A DNA stretch of 64,000 nucleotides from Patescibacteria group bacterium (GCA_041662965.1 JBAZRI010000005.1:6166-70165); one strand, 5' to 3'. Numbered from the stretch's first letter, positions 25,691 through 36,138 are shown. A program made the numbers and translations. Notes: a model not told the origin generated them from the sequence alone.

Positions 25691-27919
25691 TTACTTATTG
25701 ATTTTTATACTGCCTACGCTTACTCCGCCGCCGAAACTTTCTTCATAAGCATAAAACGAGCCAACGATTCTGCCATCAGCTTTAAAAACGCGGACATGAG
25801 GCGCTCCGCCCGGACCGGCGGCGGTTATAATTTCATCCAAGCCGTCATTATCTACGTCGGCTTTAGCTAAATTCACGCCGCCGCGGAAATTACTGTTAAA
25901 GGCGAAAAAATGCGATAATAAATTTCCTTTGCCGTCAAAAAATTTAATATGCGGCCCGCCGTTTTTTTCCGGCGCGGTAATAATATCCGCTCGATTGCCC
26001 CTTGAGCCGCTTCTAACGCTGGCGATCGTGACTTTAACGCCGCCGCGGAAAGTTTTAGGGTAGGCCAAAAATTGCCCTTGTAAAATGCCGCCGGCTTTAA
26101 AGATTCTAACTTCGGGAATTTTTCCGGCCGCCAAACCGGTCACTATTTCATCTTCGCCGTCGCCGTCTATGTCGCCGGTAGCGATATTAAGCCCGCCTTT
26201 AAACTTATTATCATAAGCGTAAAATGAGCCTAGCACCTGGCCGCGGCCGTTAAAAATTTTTATTTCCGAATTTCCGCCCGTAGCTTGCGCGGCGATAATT
26301 TCATCACTGCCGTCATTGTTAACGTCGGCAGCGGCAATGTTAACGCCGCCGCGGAAATTACTGTTAAAAGCAAAGAATTGGCCGATCGGCTCTCCTTTCA
26401 GGTTAAAAATCCTGATATGCGGCCCGCCGCCAAGCCCGGCCGCGGTAATAATTTCCTGTTGGCCGTCATGATTTATGTCCCCGGAAGCAAAATTAACGCC
26501 GCCTTTAAAATTATTGGCGTAGGCGTAAAACTCGCTATCTTTTTTGCCGTCTTGATCGGTAATTTTTATAAGGCTGGCCAGGCCGTTTTTCGGCCCAATC
26601 AGCAATTTTTCAATTTTATTATTTAACAGGCTCTGCGCGTAATTAACCGCGGCCGCGATATTCAGCCTGCCTTTGCCAAGCTGGCCTAAATATTTCGGAT
26701 TTAACCGACTGATATTATCCGTATTATCCAATAGCGTTTTTATAATCTGGTCTCGGTTTAAAGCCGGGTTAGCGCTGGCTATTAAAGCCAACGCGCCGCT
26801 TACCATGGGCACGGCGACCGAGGTACCGGACCAATAACCGTCATAATATTTATTAAACGGCTGGCCATTTAAGTAATTATCAGGCGAATAAACCACTGTG
26901 CTGAAAACACTGACCCCGGGCGCGGCAATATCAATGCATTTATTGCCAAAACTGGAAAAAGCCGCTTTCTGGTCTAAAGTATCGGTTGCGGCTACGCCGA
27001 TTACTCGGTTCTCGCCGTTAGCGCCATCAAGGCAAACCGGATACATGGGAGTTTGATCCAAATAATAGCCATCTCCCTGGCCGACTTCATTGCCTCCGGC
27101 AGCCACCACGATTATTCCGGCGTTATAAGCGCGTTTTATGGCGTCATCAAGGCCTTGGCTGTAGCCAAAGCCGACAAAACTTAGATTTATAATATTAGCG
27201 CCGTTGGCGACCGCGTAATCAACCGCCTTGATAACTTTAGAAGCGCTGCCTTCGCCTTTGTCATCCAAAACTTTAAGCGGCATAATTTTCGCTTTCCAGG
27301 TTATGCCGGCTATGCCGGCGGCGTTATTGCCGGAAGCCGCGGCTATACCGGCGATAATCGTGCCGTGCAATATTCCGTCTTCGCTAAAATCCGGCTTAAA
27401 CTTTGGCGACGGATCAGGCACATTATTGACAAAATCCCAGCCGTTAACATCATCAATAAAACCGTTTCTGTCATCATCAATATTGTTATCGGCGATTTCT
27501 TTTTTATTAAGCCAGATATTGCTTCTTAAATCGGGATGGCTGATTTGCACTCCTGAATCTAAAATGGCGATGACAATCTCGGGGCTTTCCCTTTTATTGT
27601 CCCAAGTTTCAATGGCTTTAACTTTTTGCAGATACCATTGATTATTGAAATAAGTATCAGACGGTATTATGGCGGCTTGATAAAGATAATTCGGCTCGGC
27701 ATATTCCACTTCCGGCAAACCGCTATAATAATTTAAAAAATTATTAAAATCGCCTGCTTGAGCAATTTTAATGGCTATCGGTTCGGTTGAAGCTTTAAAT
27801 TTCACCAATATTTCATCAGCGACAAAATTATTTTGGATAGCGCCAAAAGCATTATGGCCGGTGAATATAATCAGCCCAAATAAAAATATAATAAAAAAAG
27901 ATGTTATATTCTTTTTCAT
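25691..27919 (-). CDS. Secreted S8 (subtilisin-family) serine peptidase with C-terminal FG-GAP/VCBS-like repeats
   Basis: Catalytic triad contexts AILDSGV, HGTIIAG and SGTSVAVP. Repeated DxNxDGxxEII...GGPHIRIF units. Start moved to MKKNITSFF (signal peptide-like). Confidence 0.85.
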   Translation of the reverse strand: MKKNITSFFIIFLFGLIIFTGHNAFGAIQNNFVADEILVKFKASTEPIAIKIAQAGDFNNFLNYYSGLPEVEYAEPNYLYQAAIIPSDTYFNNQWYLQKVKAIETWDNKRESPEIVIAILDSGVQISHPDLRSNIWLNKKEIADNNIDDDRNGFIDDVNGWDFVNNVPDPSPKFKPDFSEDGILHGTIIAGIAAASGNNAAGIAGITWKAKIMPLKVLDDKGEGSASKVIKAVDYAVANGANIINLSFVGFGYSQGLDDAIKRAYNAGIIVVAAGGNEVGQGDGYYLDQTPMYPVCLDGANGENRVIGVAATDTLDQKAAFSSFGNKCIDIAAPGVSVFSTVVYSPDNYLNGQPFNKYYDGYWSGTSVAVPMVSGALALIASANPALNRDQIIKTLLDNTDNISRLNPKYLGQLGKGRLNIAAAVNYAQSLLNNKIEKLLIGPKNGLASLIKITDQDGKKDSEFYAYANNFKGGVNFASGDINHDGQQEIITAAGLGGGPHIRIFNLKGEPIGQFFAFNSNFRGGVNIAAADVNNDGSDEIIAAQATGGNSEIKIFNGRGQVLGSFYAYDNKFKGGLNIATGDIDGDGEDEIVTGLAAGKIPEVRIFKAGGILQGQFLAYPKTFRGGVKVTIASVRSGSRGNRADIITAPEKNGGPHIKFFDGKGNLLSHFFAFNSNFRGGVNLAKADVDNDGLDEIITAAGPGGAPHVRVFKADGRIVGSFYAYEESFGGGVSVGSIKINK

Positions 27920-27960
27920 AACATCTTTATTATAACATAAGTTGCCGGTATTTTTCAAAT

Positions 27961-29229
27961 CTAAATTTTTTCCAAAAGCGCCAATGTTTCCCGGGCGCAT
28001 TTAGCCAGGCTAAAGTCTTTTACTCTGATAAAACCGTTAGAGATTAATTGATCGGCCAATTCTCTGTCCAATAATATTTTCGCCATTTTTTGCGCCATAT
28101 CATCCTTATCCCCCGGGTTGAAAAGCAAAGCTGAATCTTTAACAACTTCCCTTATGGAAGCGATATTGGAAGCCGCGACCGGCGTGCCGCAAACCATGGC
28201 CTGGAGCAAAGGTATGCCAAACCCTTCATAGAGCGAAGGAAAAACAAATAAAGCGGCGCCGTTATAAATATAAGGCATATCGGCTTCCGGCACCCAGCCG
28301 GTCATAATTACGTTATCTTCAAGATCATATTCGTTTATGACATATTTAATTTCATCATAGCCGGAGTCGGCTCTGCCTACTAAAACCAACTTAGGCTTTA
28401 TCTGGCTGAATTTTTGCCTCATGATGGCATAAGCGCCGACCAGATTAGCGGTATTTTTCTTTTTTTCCAAGCGGCCGGCATAAAAAATATAAGGGGCTTT
28501 AATGTCATATTTATTTAAAACTTGTTTTATTTTTTCCGCGTCCTGAATCGGGCGATAAAGCGCGCCGTTAAAGCCGTTATAAACCACTTTAATTTTTTCC
28601 GCGTCAGCTTGATAAAATTCCACCATTTCTTTTTTAGTAAATTCAGACACCGCGATAATTGTTTTGGCGTGCTTGAGCGCGAATTTCGTTGACCAGCTAT
28701 GATAATCAATAACATTTGAATGAAACTTGCCTAAAGTAAACAACCTGACTAAAAAATTGAAAACTCCGGAAATTAAGCCGCTGGCCGGGCCGATTTTATC
28801 CGAACTGTAAAGTTTGGCCTGGCGCTCAAAACCTATGTCATGGATAGTAACGATTGATTTTTTCGGATGAATAACCGGCAGAGTGTGAGCCGGTATGAAA
28901 AGTACGTCTGCCCGATGCATTAACATTTCATAAGACAAGCGAATTTGCGTCCAAAAAAAAGTAAAAGGCCAGTTTAAAATTTTAACGCGGAAATTACAAT
29001 TTGGACTTTTAATTTCTTGCCAGCCGTAGCCGTCTATTTTACCCGGCTTAGCCGAATAATTTTCATCGGTTAAATCAGCTAAGCCGCCGGTTAAAGGCTT
29101 ATCACTATATAAAATATATTGATTTTTTGAATCAATTTTAGCCAGCTCTCTTATCAAATAATAAGAATACCACTCCGTACCGCCTTTAAATTTTCTATTC
29201 GCCCTTGAGGCGTCAATGCCGATAAGCAT
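27961..29229 (-). CDS. Glycosyltransferase family 4
   Basis: EGFGIPLLQAMVCGTPVAASN. Confidence 0.85.
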   Translation of the reverse strand: MLIGIDASRANRKFKGGTEWYSYYLIRELAKIDSKNQYILYSDKPLTGGLADLTDENYSAKPGKIDGYGWQEIKSPNCNFRVKILNWPFTFFWTQIRLSYEMLMHRADVLFIPAHTLPVIHPKKSIVTIHDIGFERQAKLYSSDKIGPASGLISGVFNFLVRLFTLGKFHSNVIDYHSWSTKFALKHAKTIIAVSEFTKKEMVEFYQADAEKIKVVYNGFNGALYRPIQDAEKIKQVLNKYDIKAPYIFYAGRLEKKKNTANLVGAYAIMRQKFSQIKPKLVLVGRADSGYDEIKYVINEYDLEDNVIMTGWVPEADMPYIYNGAALFVFPSLYEGFGIPLLQAMVCGTPVAASNIASIREVVKDSALLFNPGDKDDMAQKMAKILLDRELADQLISNGFIRVKDFSLAKCARETLALLEKI

Positions 29230-29245
29230 AAAAATTGTATATAAT

Positions 29246-29360
29246 ATTGGGCTAAATTTAGAAAATTTTCGTGCGAGGACTGCCTGCCTGCCGGCAGGCA
29301 GGTTTGAGGAGCTTTAAGCGACGAGTTCCGCAGTAGAAAATTTACTAAATTTAGCCCAAT
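29246..29360. repeat. Rod-like hairpin element, family 2, copy 2 (carries an extra inserted GC hairpin)
   Basis: attgggctaaatttagaaaattttc...gaaaatttactaaatttagcccaat. Core gtgcgaggactg followed by inserted cctgcctgccggcaggcagg, then tttgag...gagttccgcagtag. Confidence 0.9.
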
Positions 29361-29380
29361 TAATATGTAGTATAATAATT

Positions 29381-30388
29381 TTATTTCGTCGCAAAAATAC
29401 TCCGTTTATACGAGTCCAAATTCTCAAGCGCTATCCCCGTGCCTTTGGCCACGCAAAGAAGCGCGTCGTCCGCCACGTAAGCCGGCACGTCGGTGGTGCG
29501 TGAAAGCAACTGGTCAATGTTTCTTAGGAGCGACGAGCCGCCCGAGAGTACCATGCCTTTATCCATAATGTCGGCGGCTAATTCCGGCGGAGTATCCTGC
29601 AAAACTCTTTTAGCGGCTTGGATTATAGCTTCCAGCTCATTTTGAATCGCTTCGGTAACATCATCGGAATTAACCATAATATTTCTCGGTAAGCCGGTAA
29701 TCATATCGCGGCCGCGTATTTCCATGGTTAATTTGTCTTCCAAATATAAAGCGCTGCCGATTTTAATTTTAGTCTCCTCGGCCGTTCTTTCGCCGATGGC
29801 TAAATTATATTTTCGCCTGATAAATTCCTGAATGGCCGCGTCAAATTTATTGCCGCCGATGCGCACCGAAGTTGAAGTTACTACTCCGCCTAGTGAAATT
29901 ACCGCCATTTCCGCCGTGCCGCCGCCAATATCAATAATCATATGCCCGGAAGCCGAACCGATGGGAATATCGGCGCCGATAGCCGCGGCAATCGGCTCTT
30001 TTATAATATAAGCCGCTCTGGCTCCGGCCGCGATAGTCGCGTCAATAACCGCCCGGCGTTCGGTTGAAGTAATGCCGGCCGGAACCGCTACCATAACTTC
30101 CGGCCGGAACAATCTTATGCCGCCTAGAGCTTTATTGATAAAATATCGGAGCATGGCTTCGGTAGTATGATAATCGGCAATCACGCCGTCTTTCAGCGGC
30201 TTAATGGCGACAATAGTGTCCGGCGTTCGGCCTAACATATCTTTAGCTTCATTGCCCACGGCTAAAATCTTTTTATCAATCAAAGAAATCGCCACCACCG
30301 AAGGTTCGTTAATAATAATGCCTCTTTTAGGCAGATGCACTAAAGTATAAGTTGTACCTAAATCTATGCCGATCCGCTTGATAAACAT
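29381..30388 (-). CDS. mreB: Rod shape-determining protein MreB
   Basis: IGIDLGTTYTLV, actin-fold motifs throughout. Start moved to MFIKR because the upstream ATG lies inside a repeat module. Confidence 0.9.
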   Translation of the reverse strand: MFIKRIGIDLGTTYTLVHLPKRGIIINEPSVVAISLIDKKILAVGNEAKDMLGRTPDTIVAIKPLKDGVIADYHTTEAMLRYFINKALGGIRLFRPEVMVAVPAGITSTERRAVIDATIAAGARAAYIIKEPIAAAIGADIPIGSASGHMIIDIGGGTAEMAVISLGGVVTSTSVRIGGNKFDAAIQEFIRRKYNLAIGERTAEETKIKIGSALYLEDKLTMEIRGRDMITGLPRNIMVNSDDVTEAIQNELEAIIQAAKRVLQDTPPELAADIMDKGMVLSGGSSLLRNIDQLLSRTTDVPAYVADDALLCVAKGTGIALENLDSYKRSIFATK

Positions 30389-30398
30389 AAGATATAAT

Positions 30399-30551
30399 GT
30401 CATTGCGAGAAGCCTGTAATCAGGCGACGAAGCAATCTCTTCCTTATTGTCATTCCCGCGAAAGCGGGAATCCAGGTTTAAACGCTATAAACAAGTTTCT
30501 GGATTGCGGGTCAAGCCCGCAATGACGAAGTAAATTTCGCTCGCAATGACA
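30399..30551. repeat. Repeat cluster: family-1 unit, composite B-spacer-C element, terminal aatgac
   Basis: gtcattgcgag-aagcctgtaatcagg-cgacgaagcaatctc; gtcattcccgcgaaagcgggaatccag (30449..30475), a 23-nt spacer, then ctggattgcgggtcaagcccgcaatgac (30499..30526). Confidence 0.9.
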
Positions 30552-30560
30552 AATAAGAAT

Positions 30561-32555
30561 TTAAAACTTAACTTCAAAGCTTCTATCTATATTTAAGTCC
30601 CCTTCCCACTTGATACTGGCCGGGCTTACTTTTCGCATATACAGGCTGGCTGGGCTATATGATTTTATACTATTTTTGAAGTTTAAGTCAACCGTAAGAT
30701 TATCTAGCTCTTTACCCGGCTGTTTTTGGATATAAAGGCCGTAGTTATTATTTAGCCTAACCGACGGCGGCAGCTTATACTCAACCGTAAGATTTTTAAT
30801 TTTCCCCGGATCAACGGTTAGATAAAAACCAAACCAAGTTTTCCCCGCTTCATTACCCGTGTCTATCTCCTTGGCGTCGTAACCGCTGATTTTAATTAAT
30901 TGGCTGCCTAACGGAACGTAGATTCTGGTATAGCTTTTATAAACGCTGGTTCTCCAATCAACCTTGCCGTTATGCGCGTAATTAAGAGTTAATTTAGAAA
31001 ATAAGCCATTAGCCCCCTCGGTTACTTTATAATTTATGCTCCGGCTCATAACCGCGTCGGTTTTTAAAGCCCCGAAATTAGCATCAACTACCATAAAATA
31101 ATCGCTATAATAATTCTTTATTTCTCCGGCCCAGCCGTTAGCCGCCGCGATGCTTTCTAATTGGTTGTCAGTTAAATAAAGCAATAAATCCTTCTCGGCT
31201 AAATTATTAATCGCGGTATTTATAATTTCCGACCATTGGTTCGGCGGCAAATCAAAAATTTTAATTTTTAATTTTTTAGCTATTTCGCCGATAACTTCTT
31301 TCCTCTGCCAATTAGAAACGCCTAAAACCATATAGCCTCTTTCTACCTGATATTGCAATAAATCGTGAAAATTGTTTTGGTCATAAGATTGGCCTTCAAC
31401 TATTATCGGGCCGGTTATTTTCAAAAAATCAGTGATTAATTTCGGCGTAAAGGCGATAACGCCGTTAAACTTTGGAATTTTCTCCGCCTCCGGGTTTAAA
31501 CGGCTTTCAATTTGATAAAACTTATCTATGTTTTTCGCGGCGGTCGGCCAATCAGGCGACCAGTTAGCGTCGCGCATATACCATTTATCGTTTAAATACT
31601 TTTTAATCGGTTCCGGCGGCTCCATATTCATTTTGCTTTGAGCCGGCATGTCAAGGTGATAAATATCATGCGTGCCAAAATTTATTATATCGCCGTCTTT
31701 AATTTTTAATATGGCGTAAGTGCCTAAAAATCCCCCGGTCGGCCTTAATTCGTCATTATTCTGCAGCAAGACTAAATAATTAACTTCGCTGGGGTAGCCG
31801 GCCAGAGCCGGAATCATCTGCGACAAAGGAACTGCTTTCTCTAAAATAAGGCTGGCTTGGCTTATTTGTTCTTTAACCTGGCCGATTTTATCTTTTAAGA
31901 TAAACAAAATGCCCGAGGTGCTTATTTGATCTAAATTAATATAAGCTAAATCCAGATCGGCTTTTATGCCGTTTAATTCCGGCGCCGACTCAAATATTTT
32001 TCCAAGAAGATTGCGCTTGACTTCCGGGCTTAATTTAGAAAAATTAAATTTATTATCTCCGGTTAAAAAAGCTTCAAGGCTAAGGCCGAAATTCGCCCCG
32101 CCAGCGACCGCTTTGCTTAAAAATTGAACGGAAATTAAAAGGCCTTCGGCGTCGTTTAGCTGGCTTATAGCTAACGGCAGACGGCTTATAAAATTATTGC
32201 TTTTTATCTCTTCAAGCTTATTGATTGAAAAATCAAAATTATTTTCCGCTTGTTTGGCTAGCTTAACGGCTTGATTAAAATCTTTCTGTTCGGCGAAGAT
32301 AACGGCTTGCTCTAAATTAGCTTTGCCGAAATTTGCCTGATCGTAAATTTGCTTTAAATCAATAATTTGTGACGATAAAAAAATCAGCAGCAGTAAAAAT
32401 AAAAAAACTACTGTCAAGCAAAAATATTTTAAAACTTTATACGCTGAATTTAAGCGCCGGCGCTTTTTAACCGGCGGAAGCCGGCCGATTAAGCCATCGG
32501 CCGCTTCGTGCAAGTCTTTAAAATTTATATGTTTTGATTTTGAAAAATGAAACAT
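30561..32555 (-). CDS. DUF4012 domain protein (paralog 2)
   Basis: YLVLLQNNDELRPTGGFLGTYAILKIKDGDI; WYMRDANWSPDWP; N-terminal TM segment. Confidence 0.8.
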   Translation of the reverse strand: MFHFSKSKHINFKDLHEAADGLIGRLPPVKKRRRLNSAYKVLKYFCLTVVFLFLLLLIFLSSQIIDLKQIYDQANFGKANLEQAVIFAEQKDFNQAVKLAKQAENNFDFSINKLEEIKSNNFISRLPLAISQLNDAEGLLISVQFLSKAVAGGANFGLSLEAFLTGDNKFNFSKLSPEVKRNLLGKIFESAPELNGIKADLDLAYINLDQISTSGILFILKDKIGQVKEQISQASLILEKAVPLSQMIPALAGYPSEVNYLVLLQNNDELRPTGGFLGTYAILKIKDGDIINFGTHDIYHLDMPAQSKMNMEPPEPIKKYLNDKWYMRDANWSPDWPTAAKNIDKFYQIESRLNPEAEKIPKFNGVIAFTPKLITDFLKITGPIIVEGQSYDQNNFHDLLQYQVERGYMVLGVSNWQRKEVIGEIAKKLKIKIFDLPPNQWSEIINTAINNLAEKDLLLYLTDNQLESIAAANGWAGEIKNYYSDYFMVVDANFGALKTDAVMSRSINYKVTEGANGLFSKLTLNYAHNGKVDWRTSVYKSYTRIYVPLGSQLIKISGYDAKEIDTGNEAGKTWFGFYLTVDPGKIKNLTVEYKLPPSVRLNNNYGLYIQKQPGKELDNLTVDLNFKNSIKSYSPASLYMRKVSPASIKWEGDLNIDRSFEVKF

Positions 32556-32559
32556 AGAT

Positions 32560-32700
32560 AATATAAAATTTTTAATTTTTAATTTTATAAATAATTTCTA
32601 ATATCTTAATTTTTAAACATTAAAAATTTAAGCATTATTTAAAAATTACAAAATTAAAATTATTATTCATTATACCATCTTATTTCCGCTTAACCAAGCA
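32560..32700. repeat. AT-rich long imperfect hairpin (family-4-like)
   Basis: Left aatttttaatttttaattttataaataat against the reverse complement of right attatttaaaaattacaaaattaaaatta. Confidence 0.6.
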
Positions 32701-32701
32701 T

Positions 32702-34024
32702 TTACTCCTGCCTTAAGGCTTCTATGGGATCAAGCCTGGCGGCTTTACGCGCCGGATAGATGCCAAAACCCAAGCCAAAAACAACCGCGAAAGCCAAAGA
32801 GACATAATAAGCTTTAAGAGGGACTAAAAATCTCCAATCCAAGCCATAATAATTAGCGCCCAGCGAAATTAAATATGACACGCCGATGCCGGCCAAAACA
32901 CCAACCGCGGCGCCGATTAAAGTTATAATTAAAGACTCAATAAGAAATTGAAACATAATATCGTTATATTTGGCGCCAACGGCTTTGCGCAAACCGATCT
33001 CGGCCGTTCTTTCCGTGATAATAACATACATAATATTCATAACGCCGACGCCGCCGACTACTAGCGAGATGGCGACAATGGCTAAAAGCATTAAGGTAAT
33101 GGCCCCGGTTACGGTATCTAAGACGCCTAATGATTCTTTCATGGTAACGACTCTGAAATCGTCTTTGCCGGTATCGGTCATGCCTTCGCCTATATTTTTA
33201 ACCACCGGTTCGCCGGGTTTAAACTCTAAAGGAGTTGAAACAATATCATGATTTTCACGAATAATTAATCTAGCCTCTTCGGCCGTTTGATCGGCTAAAT
33301 CCGGATCTTTAAGCTGATGCATCATAAACATCACATTGTCTATGCCTAAAATTCTTTTTTGCAAAGTCCTGATCGGCACGTAAACGAAATTATCATAATC
33401 CAAAGTCATAACCGCGCCCCTCTCTTTAGCCACTCCGATAACGCGAAATTTAACTTTTCTGATTTTAATATATTTTCCTATGGGGTCGCTATCGCCGAAT
33501 AGCTTATCTTTTATTTTATAGCCGAGGACGGCGACCGGAGATTCCGACTTGTCTTCGGCATCGTTAAAATACCGGCCATAATCAACTTCTGTTTTATCAA
33601 TCTCCACGATGCTGGCGGTAGTGCCGAAAATCAAAGTTTTTTTTGATTGTTCGGCGTAATTAACCTGCTCTTGCCCCAGTATGGCCGCGTAGGCGTTTTT
33701 AATATTCGGCAATTTACTGACATCTGCCATATCTTCTAAAGTCAAAGTGGTAATTTGCGCGCCCTGGGCGATAGCTATGGCGCTTTGCTGTTCGGCCGCT
33801 ATGCCCTTTTTACCGGTCGGAGCTTTAACTTCGGTTTCTATTAAATCAGTGCCGCCGAAAGATTCAACCTGGGCGTAAACCAAGCCGCTAATTCCCTCTC
33901 CGGCCGAATAGACGATGATAACGCTGGCGATGCCGATAACTATGCCTAAAACAGTCAGGCCGGTTCTGACCTTATTGCCCATGATGGAACGCGAAGAAAT
34001 TTTTAAAATAGACAAAAAATTCAT
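32702..34024 (-). CDS. ABC transporter permease, MacB/FtsX family
   Basis: N-terminal TM, large extracytoplasmic domain, C-terminal FtsX region (ERTAEIGLRKAVGA). Confidence 0.85.
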   Translation of the reverse strand: MNFLSILKISSRSIMGNKVRTGLTVLGIVIGIASVIIVYSAGEGISGLVYAQVESFGGTDLIETEVKAPTGKKGIAAEQQSAIAIAQGAQITTLTLEDMADVSKLPNIKNAYAAILGQEQVNYAEQSKKTLIFGTTASIVEIDKTEVDYGRYFNDAEDKSESPVAVLGYKIKDKLFGDSDPIGKYIKIRKVKFRVIGVAKERGAVMTLDYDNFVYVPIRTLQKRILGIDNVMFMMHQLKDPDLADQTAEEARLIIRENHDIVSTPLEFKPGEPVVKNIGEGMTDTGKDDFRVVTMKESLGVLDTVTGAITLMLLAIVAISLVVGGVGVMNIMYVIITERTAEIGLRKAVGAKYNDIMFQFLIESLIITLIGAAVGVLAGIGVSYLISLGANYYGLDWRFLVPLKAYYVSLAFAVVFGLGFGIYPARKAARLDPIEALRQE

Positions 34025-34033
34025 ATTGAAAAA

Positions 34034-35287
34034 TTATTCATGCCTTAAAGCTTCGACCGGCTGCAATTTGCTGGCTCTTAGCGCCGGGTATAAGCCGAAA
34101 ATTAAGCCAACGCTTGCCGAAACCGCTAAAGCCAGCGTAATTGACAATAAAGAAATGGACAAATCCCAGCTATAGCCCAAAAAATTGGCAATAACCGAAA
34201 TTAAAATTGCTATTAAACTGCCGATTATAACGCCGATGGTTCCGCCGCTTAAAGTAATCGTGGCCGCTTCCATTAAAAACTGAATCATAATGCTTTTATT
34301 GTTGGCGCCGACGGCTTTTCTTAAGCCGATTTCCCTGGTTCTCTCGGTAACGCTTACCAGCATAATATTCATGATGCCGATGCCGCCGACCAATAAAGAC
34401 ATGGCGGCGATAGCCACTAGAAAAAATTTCAAGGCGTCGGTAATCGTGGTTATCATTTCCATGGCTTGGGCCGAACTTCGGACCGTAAAATCGTCACTAG
34501 CCCCGCTTTGATCGGAAATATCATGCCTCTCGCGCAAAGTGGCTTTAACGTCATGCATGGCCCTGTCCGTATCTTCTTCGCTGTCAATTTTAAGCCTCAT
34601 CATGCTGACATGATTTACTCCGGCGATTAATTTTTGCATGGTTTTAAGCGGAAGGAAAACCTGATCATCGTTATTTTGGAAAGCCACCGTGCCTTTCTCT
34701 TTCATGACGCCGATGACTTCAAACGTATGTTTTTTTATTTTCACTCTTTGGCCGATCGGATCGGATTCGCCGAATAATTCTTTTTTTACCGCGCTGCCTA
34801 AAACCGCGACTTTAGCTAAATTTGTTTCTTCCTCTTTGGTAAAAAATCTGCCTTGGTCAATTTCACCGCCCTCAACATTCATATAGCCGACCGTCGCGCC
34901 GCTTAAATTGGTATCATATGAATTCGCGCCCCAGCTGACATTGCCGACGCTCTTATAGTAAGCCACTAAATCAACTATGTTAGGCACATTTTTTTTGTCG
35001 TTTAAGGCTAAACCGTCTTCATAAGTTAGCGTGGTAATTACTATGCCCATAACAGTGGCCGGCGGGCCGTCTTCTTCCGAAGCGCCGGGCAAAATTCCGA
35101 TTATATCGGTGCCTAAAGTTTTTACTTGATTGATAATCAGGCTCTGCGCTCCGGCGCCCACGGCCATAATAATAATAACGGCCGACACGCCGATGATTAT
35201 CCCCAGCATTGTTAAAAAGCTTCTGCCCTTATTGGCCAGAAGCGCTCTGGTTGAAGTCTTAATGGATTGTTTATAAAATTCCAGCAT
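34034..35287 (-). CDS. ABC transporter permease, MacB/FtsX family
   Basis: Same architecture as its neighbour (ERTREIGLRKAVGA). Confidence 0.85.
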   Translation of the reverse strand: MLEFYKQSIKTSTRALLANKGRSFLTMLGIIIGVSAVIIIMAVGAGAQSLIINQVKTLGTDIIGILPGASEEDGPPATVMGIVITTLTYEDGLALNDKKNVPNIVDLVAYYKSVGNVSWGANSYDTNLSGATVGYMNVEGGEIDQGRFFTKEEETNLAKVAVLGSAVKKELFGESDPIGQRVKIKKHTFEVIGVMKEKGTVAFQNNDDQVFLPLKTMQKLIAGVNHVSMMRLKIDSEEDTDRAMHDVKATLRERHDISDQSGASDDFTVRSSAQAMEMITTITDALKFFLVAIAAMSLLVGGIGIMNIMLVSVTERTREIGLRKAVGANNKSIMIQFLMEAATITLSGGTIGVIIGSLIAILISVIANFLGYSWDLSISLLSITLALAVSASVGLIFGLYPALRASKLQPVEALRHE

Positions 35288-35302
35288 ATCGTTTTTCTAA
35301 AC

Positions 35303-35403
35303 ATTGGCTTTAGCTTTTGTAAAATTTTCGTGCGAGGACTGTTTGAGGCCGAGTAATCTCGGCCGAGTTCCGCAGTAGAAAATTTACAAAAACTAAAGCC
35401 AAT
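35303..35403. repeat. Rod-like hairpin element, family 2, copy 3
   Basis: Different but complementary arms attggctttagcttttgtaaaatttt / aaaatttacaaaaactaaagccaat. Same cores. Apical hairpin gccgag-taat-ctcggc. Confidence 0.9.
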
Positions 35404-35424
35404 CTACTGCTGTTTAACGTTTAA

Positions 35425-36138
35425 CTATTTCAGCATCTCTCCATCCTTAGCTATCCTTCGGTGCGTGACTTCATAGTCATCCACTATTAAGCCGTCTCTG
35501 ACTTTAATAATTCTTTTGGCATGCTCGGAAGTATAAGTTTCATGGGTTACTAAAACTATGGTATTGCCCAGATCGTTTAATTTTTGCAAAATTTCCATTA
35601 TTTGCACGCCTGATTTTGAATCAAGGTTGCCGGTCGGCTCATCGGCGAAAATAACCGCCGGGTCGTTAACTAAAGCGCGGGCGATAGCTACCCGCTGTTT
35701 TTCGCCGCCGGAAATCTGATTGGTATAATAATTTAAGCGATGCGCCAGTCCGACGCTTTCTAAAATCAGTTTGGCCCGGGCTTCGGGCGCTTCTTTACGC
35801 TTAGCATAAGTCAAAGGCAGCATAACATTTTCTAAAACCGTGGTGCGCGGCAGAAGGTTAAAAGCTTGAAAAACAAAGCCGATTTTGCGGTTGCGCAGTC
35901 CGGCCAATTCATCGTCGTCCAATTTAGTCACGTCTTTGCCTTCAAGAAAATATTTGCCGCCCGACGGCCGATCTAAGAGCCCTAAAATATGCATTAAAGT
36001 GGATTTGCCCGAGCCTGACGGGCCCATGATAGCGATAAAATCGCCTTGAGCGATATTAAAACTAAGGCCGTTTAGAACCGGCGTGACAATTTCGCCGTTG
36101 ACGAAATTTTTAGTTAAATTGTACGCCTGAATAAGCAT
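35425..36138 (-). CDS. ABC transporter ATP-binding protein (MacB/LolD-like)
   Basis: [33 protein letters not shown]. Start moved to MLIQAYNL because the track N-terminus translates the family-4 repeat. Confidence 0.9.
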   Translation of the reverse strand: MLIQAYNLTKNFVNGEIVTPVLNGLSFNIAQGDFIAIMGPSGSGKSTLMHILGLLDRPSGGKYFLEGKDVTKLDDDELAGLRNRKIGFVFQAFNLLPRTTVLENVMLPLTYAKRKEAPEARAKLILESVGLAHRLNYYTNQISGGEKQRVAIARALVNDPAVIFADEPTGNLDSKSGVQIMEILQKLNDLGNTIVLVTHETYTSEHAKRIIKVRDGLIVDDYEVTHRRIAKDGEMLK

